A stretch of DNA of 63,624 bases, filler included, from Chiloscyllium plagiosum (taxonomy: Eukaryota), in NCBI RefSeq assembly GCF_004010195.1. It is 4 parts of one record of this genome, joined end to end, with 100 filler letters (N's around TTAATTAATTAA, not from the genome) between each part and the next. Parts side by side here need not be neighbours in the genome. Positions count along the whole stretch, not along the records: positions 57,080 to 63,624 come from NC_057712.1; 3 more parts are not named here. The stretch is one strand, 5' to 3'. How positions within the stretch are numbered: the stretch's first letter is position 1; each line of letters starts with the position of its first letter. Below are positions 61,391 through 63,624 of this stretch, piece after piece. The translations under genes were made by a program, and so were the position numbers. The notes under the pieces were generated by a model that was given only the letters and a program-made list of their open reading frames with translations, did not search any database and was not told the origin of the DNA.

Positions 61391-62054
61391 ACTAAAAGTG
61401 CCCTCCAATCGAAAACAAAAAAAATCTGTTCTAAATATACATGGAGTGTTTGATGAGATGGACTCTTTGAAGATTTTAAGTATCTTATTGCCAATGATCC
61501 TGAGAAGAAACTAGTATTTCAAGTCCTTGTAGTGTCAGTACCAATGAAATTGAAAAGAAACATTGAATGAGAACTTCAGGAAATGGAAGTGACTCCCAAA
61601 AGCTTGGAACCTATAGTTTGACTTTACCCAAAGGCTTGGAATCAATAGTTTGGGTAAATTCATTGCTACGTGAAAAAACATGCAAAGGCAAATGAGTGGA
61701 TTGCTGTCAGATATTAGAGTTCTCAAAGCCAATATCAAAAGACACAAAGAGTTCGTGATAAGAAAGGAAAGAGAGGTAACTCAGAACATTTAAGCAGTTA
61801 AAAAGGAAGATTTCCATAAATTTGGAGCACTCCAAGGTGAAAAGGTATAATAAGAGAATAAAGTCGCTGACCTAGAAAGCCTGAATACTGAGCAGAGCAT
61901 AAAATGGTATGCTGGAAAACAGCATATAGAAAAGAAACTGCAATTTGTACAGTTAGCAGAGGAAACGTAAATAGAAGTTAAGTAGATTCTTGACTGACAA
62001 AAGTGTCAGAGTATGGAATAAAAATAATGTTTATACAAGGTGGTAAATTAGCAG

Positions 62055-62378
62055 GGGGCAGCACATTGGCTCAGTGATTAGCACTGTGGCCTCACAACGC
62101 CAGGGACCCGGGTTCAATTCCAGCTTCAGGGCGACTGTCTGTATGGAGTTTGCACATTCTCCACCATGTCTGTGTGGGTTTCCTCCCACAGTCCAAAGAT
62201 GTGTAGGATAGATAGATTGACTATCTAAATTGCCCATAGGGTCCAGAGGTGCATATGCTTGGTGGATTAGCCATGGGAGATGCAGGCCTACAGTGATAGG
62301 GTAAAGGGTGGGTCTGGGTGGGATATCTTCGGAGGGACAGCTGAAGGGAGTATTTCCACATTGTAAGGATTCTGTGAA
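62055..62378 (+). mobile_element. HE1-type V-SINE, diverged
   Basis: TGGCTCAGTG, GGTTCAATTCC, V-domain. Confidence 0.85.
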
Positions 62379-63387
62379 TGATTAGAGAACTGTAAATGCA
62401 GCTTAACACAGTCACAGTCAGAGAAGGATTACTGGAGACTAGTAACAAATTACAAGGTATTTTAGAGCTTTTAAAAAAGGAAAAGGAAATACAGAAAGTA
62501 AGAAGCCAAGTAGACAAGTAAAGCAAAGCAGAAAGTTGAAAAAACTAGTGGAAGACAGGCAGTAGTTGGAAGAGAATTACAAACTGCAAATTTGTAATGC
62601 AGATCTTGAGGTGACAGGGTAGCAGGCCAAAGACTGACTCAAGTGTGCTACTTCAGTTCAGAAGAAGAGGGCAGAACATTTCAATACTTGAGCAACAAAG
62701 TGAATAATGGGCTTTTCTGAGAAAAGAAAACAAGCATTCAAAAAGTTTTAAGTTCAGAATTATATATTTAATTTTTACATTTGTAAAGTTTACATAATTT
62801 AGATAAAAAATTTAAAAAATGATTGAAATTATGCAGCTGTTAAGAGAATCTTTGTTTAAAGCAAGAGATGTTATATTCTCAGAAACAAAAACAGAAATTA
62901 CTGGAAAAGCTTAGCAGGTCTGACAACATTTGTGGAGAGAAATCAGAGTTAACATTTCAGGTTGAGTGATCCTTCCTTAGAAGTCAGAGTTCGGAGATCA
63001 TACTTGGGCATCTATACTGTTCTCACTTATTTACATTAAAACATTGCAATGGTAACCTTCTCATCCTTAGGAATTTATCATTCTTAAGTGCCATGAATTT
63101 CCTCATTACCATTTTGCCTGTTTTAATTCAGGTATATTCTCATTCCAGATTCAATAATAATATCCTTGGTTTGTCTGGCATGCTGAACTCTTCCTATGCT
63201 GTAAATACTGATGCGAAGTAACTTGAGATTGAGCATTTCCTTACTTTTCCATTAACAATATTACAATAATCAGTTTTCAAGGGTTCTGCATTGTTCCTAA
63301 CTAACCTCTGTTTCCTAATAGAATTGTAAAGATATTTAATGTTAGTTAAGTGATCTCTTATTTACTTGTTTTTATACTCCCTTTTTG

Positions 63388-63624
63388 TAGAAAGTGAGGA
63401 CTGCAAATGCTGGAGATCAGAGCTGAAAATGTGTTGCTGAAAAAGCGCAGCAGGTCAGGCGGCATCCAAGGAGCAGGAGAATCAATGTTTCGGGCATGAG
63501 CCCTTCTTCAGGAATGAGAAAAGTGTGCCAAGCAGGCTAAGATAAAAGGTAGGGAGGAGGGACTTGGGGGAGGGGCGTTGGAAATGCGATAGGTGGAAGG
63601 AGGTTTAGGTGAGGGTGATAGGCC
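63388..63624 (-). mobile_element. PLE pseudo-LTR cut by the window end
   Basis: Reverse complement of 57080-57371. Confidence 0.9.

Overview
Eukaryotic, retroelement-dominated genomic DNA from a cartilaginous fish. The shark call is an inference from HE1-type V-SINEs and the CR1/Penelope mix. Much of the window is nested, decayed TEs: CR1 LINEs, a TSD-bounded 6.6-kb L1 (14977-21606), a tRNA-headed L2/Crack-like LINE and its SINE, Rex1, Gypsy remains, and about 20 Penelope-like element (PLE) pieces. No intact, recognisable host gene is present. There is a GC-rich, apparently bidirectional promoter at about 57.6-58.05 kb and a phase-compatible chain of minus-strand candidate exons (51.9 to 41.5 kb) giving an unrecognised ~214-aa ORF or a lncRNA. 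Highlights: (i) minimal type-I hammerhead ribozyme cores in three PLE pseudo-LTR families, many in short TSD-flanked fold-back units whose inversion centre lies at the ribozyme; (ii) a perfect 131-bp inverted repeat at 9.7/10.3 kb; (iii) a ~440-bp fold-back duplication carrying Gypsy RT at 22-23.9 kb; (iv) a single-ORF LINE with a Pol III-type head shared with a SINE. Four assembly gaps are present, three with an artificial TTAATTAATTAA linker. All family names come from motif recognition by eye. TE boundaries without TSDs are approximate.
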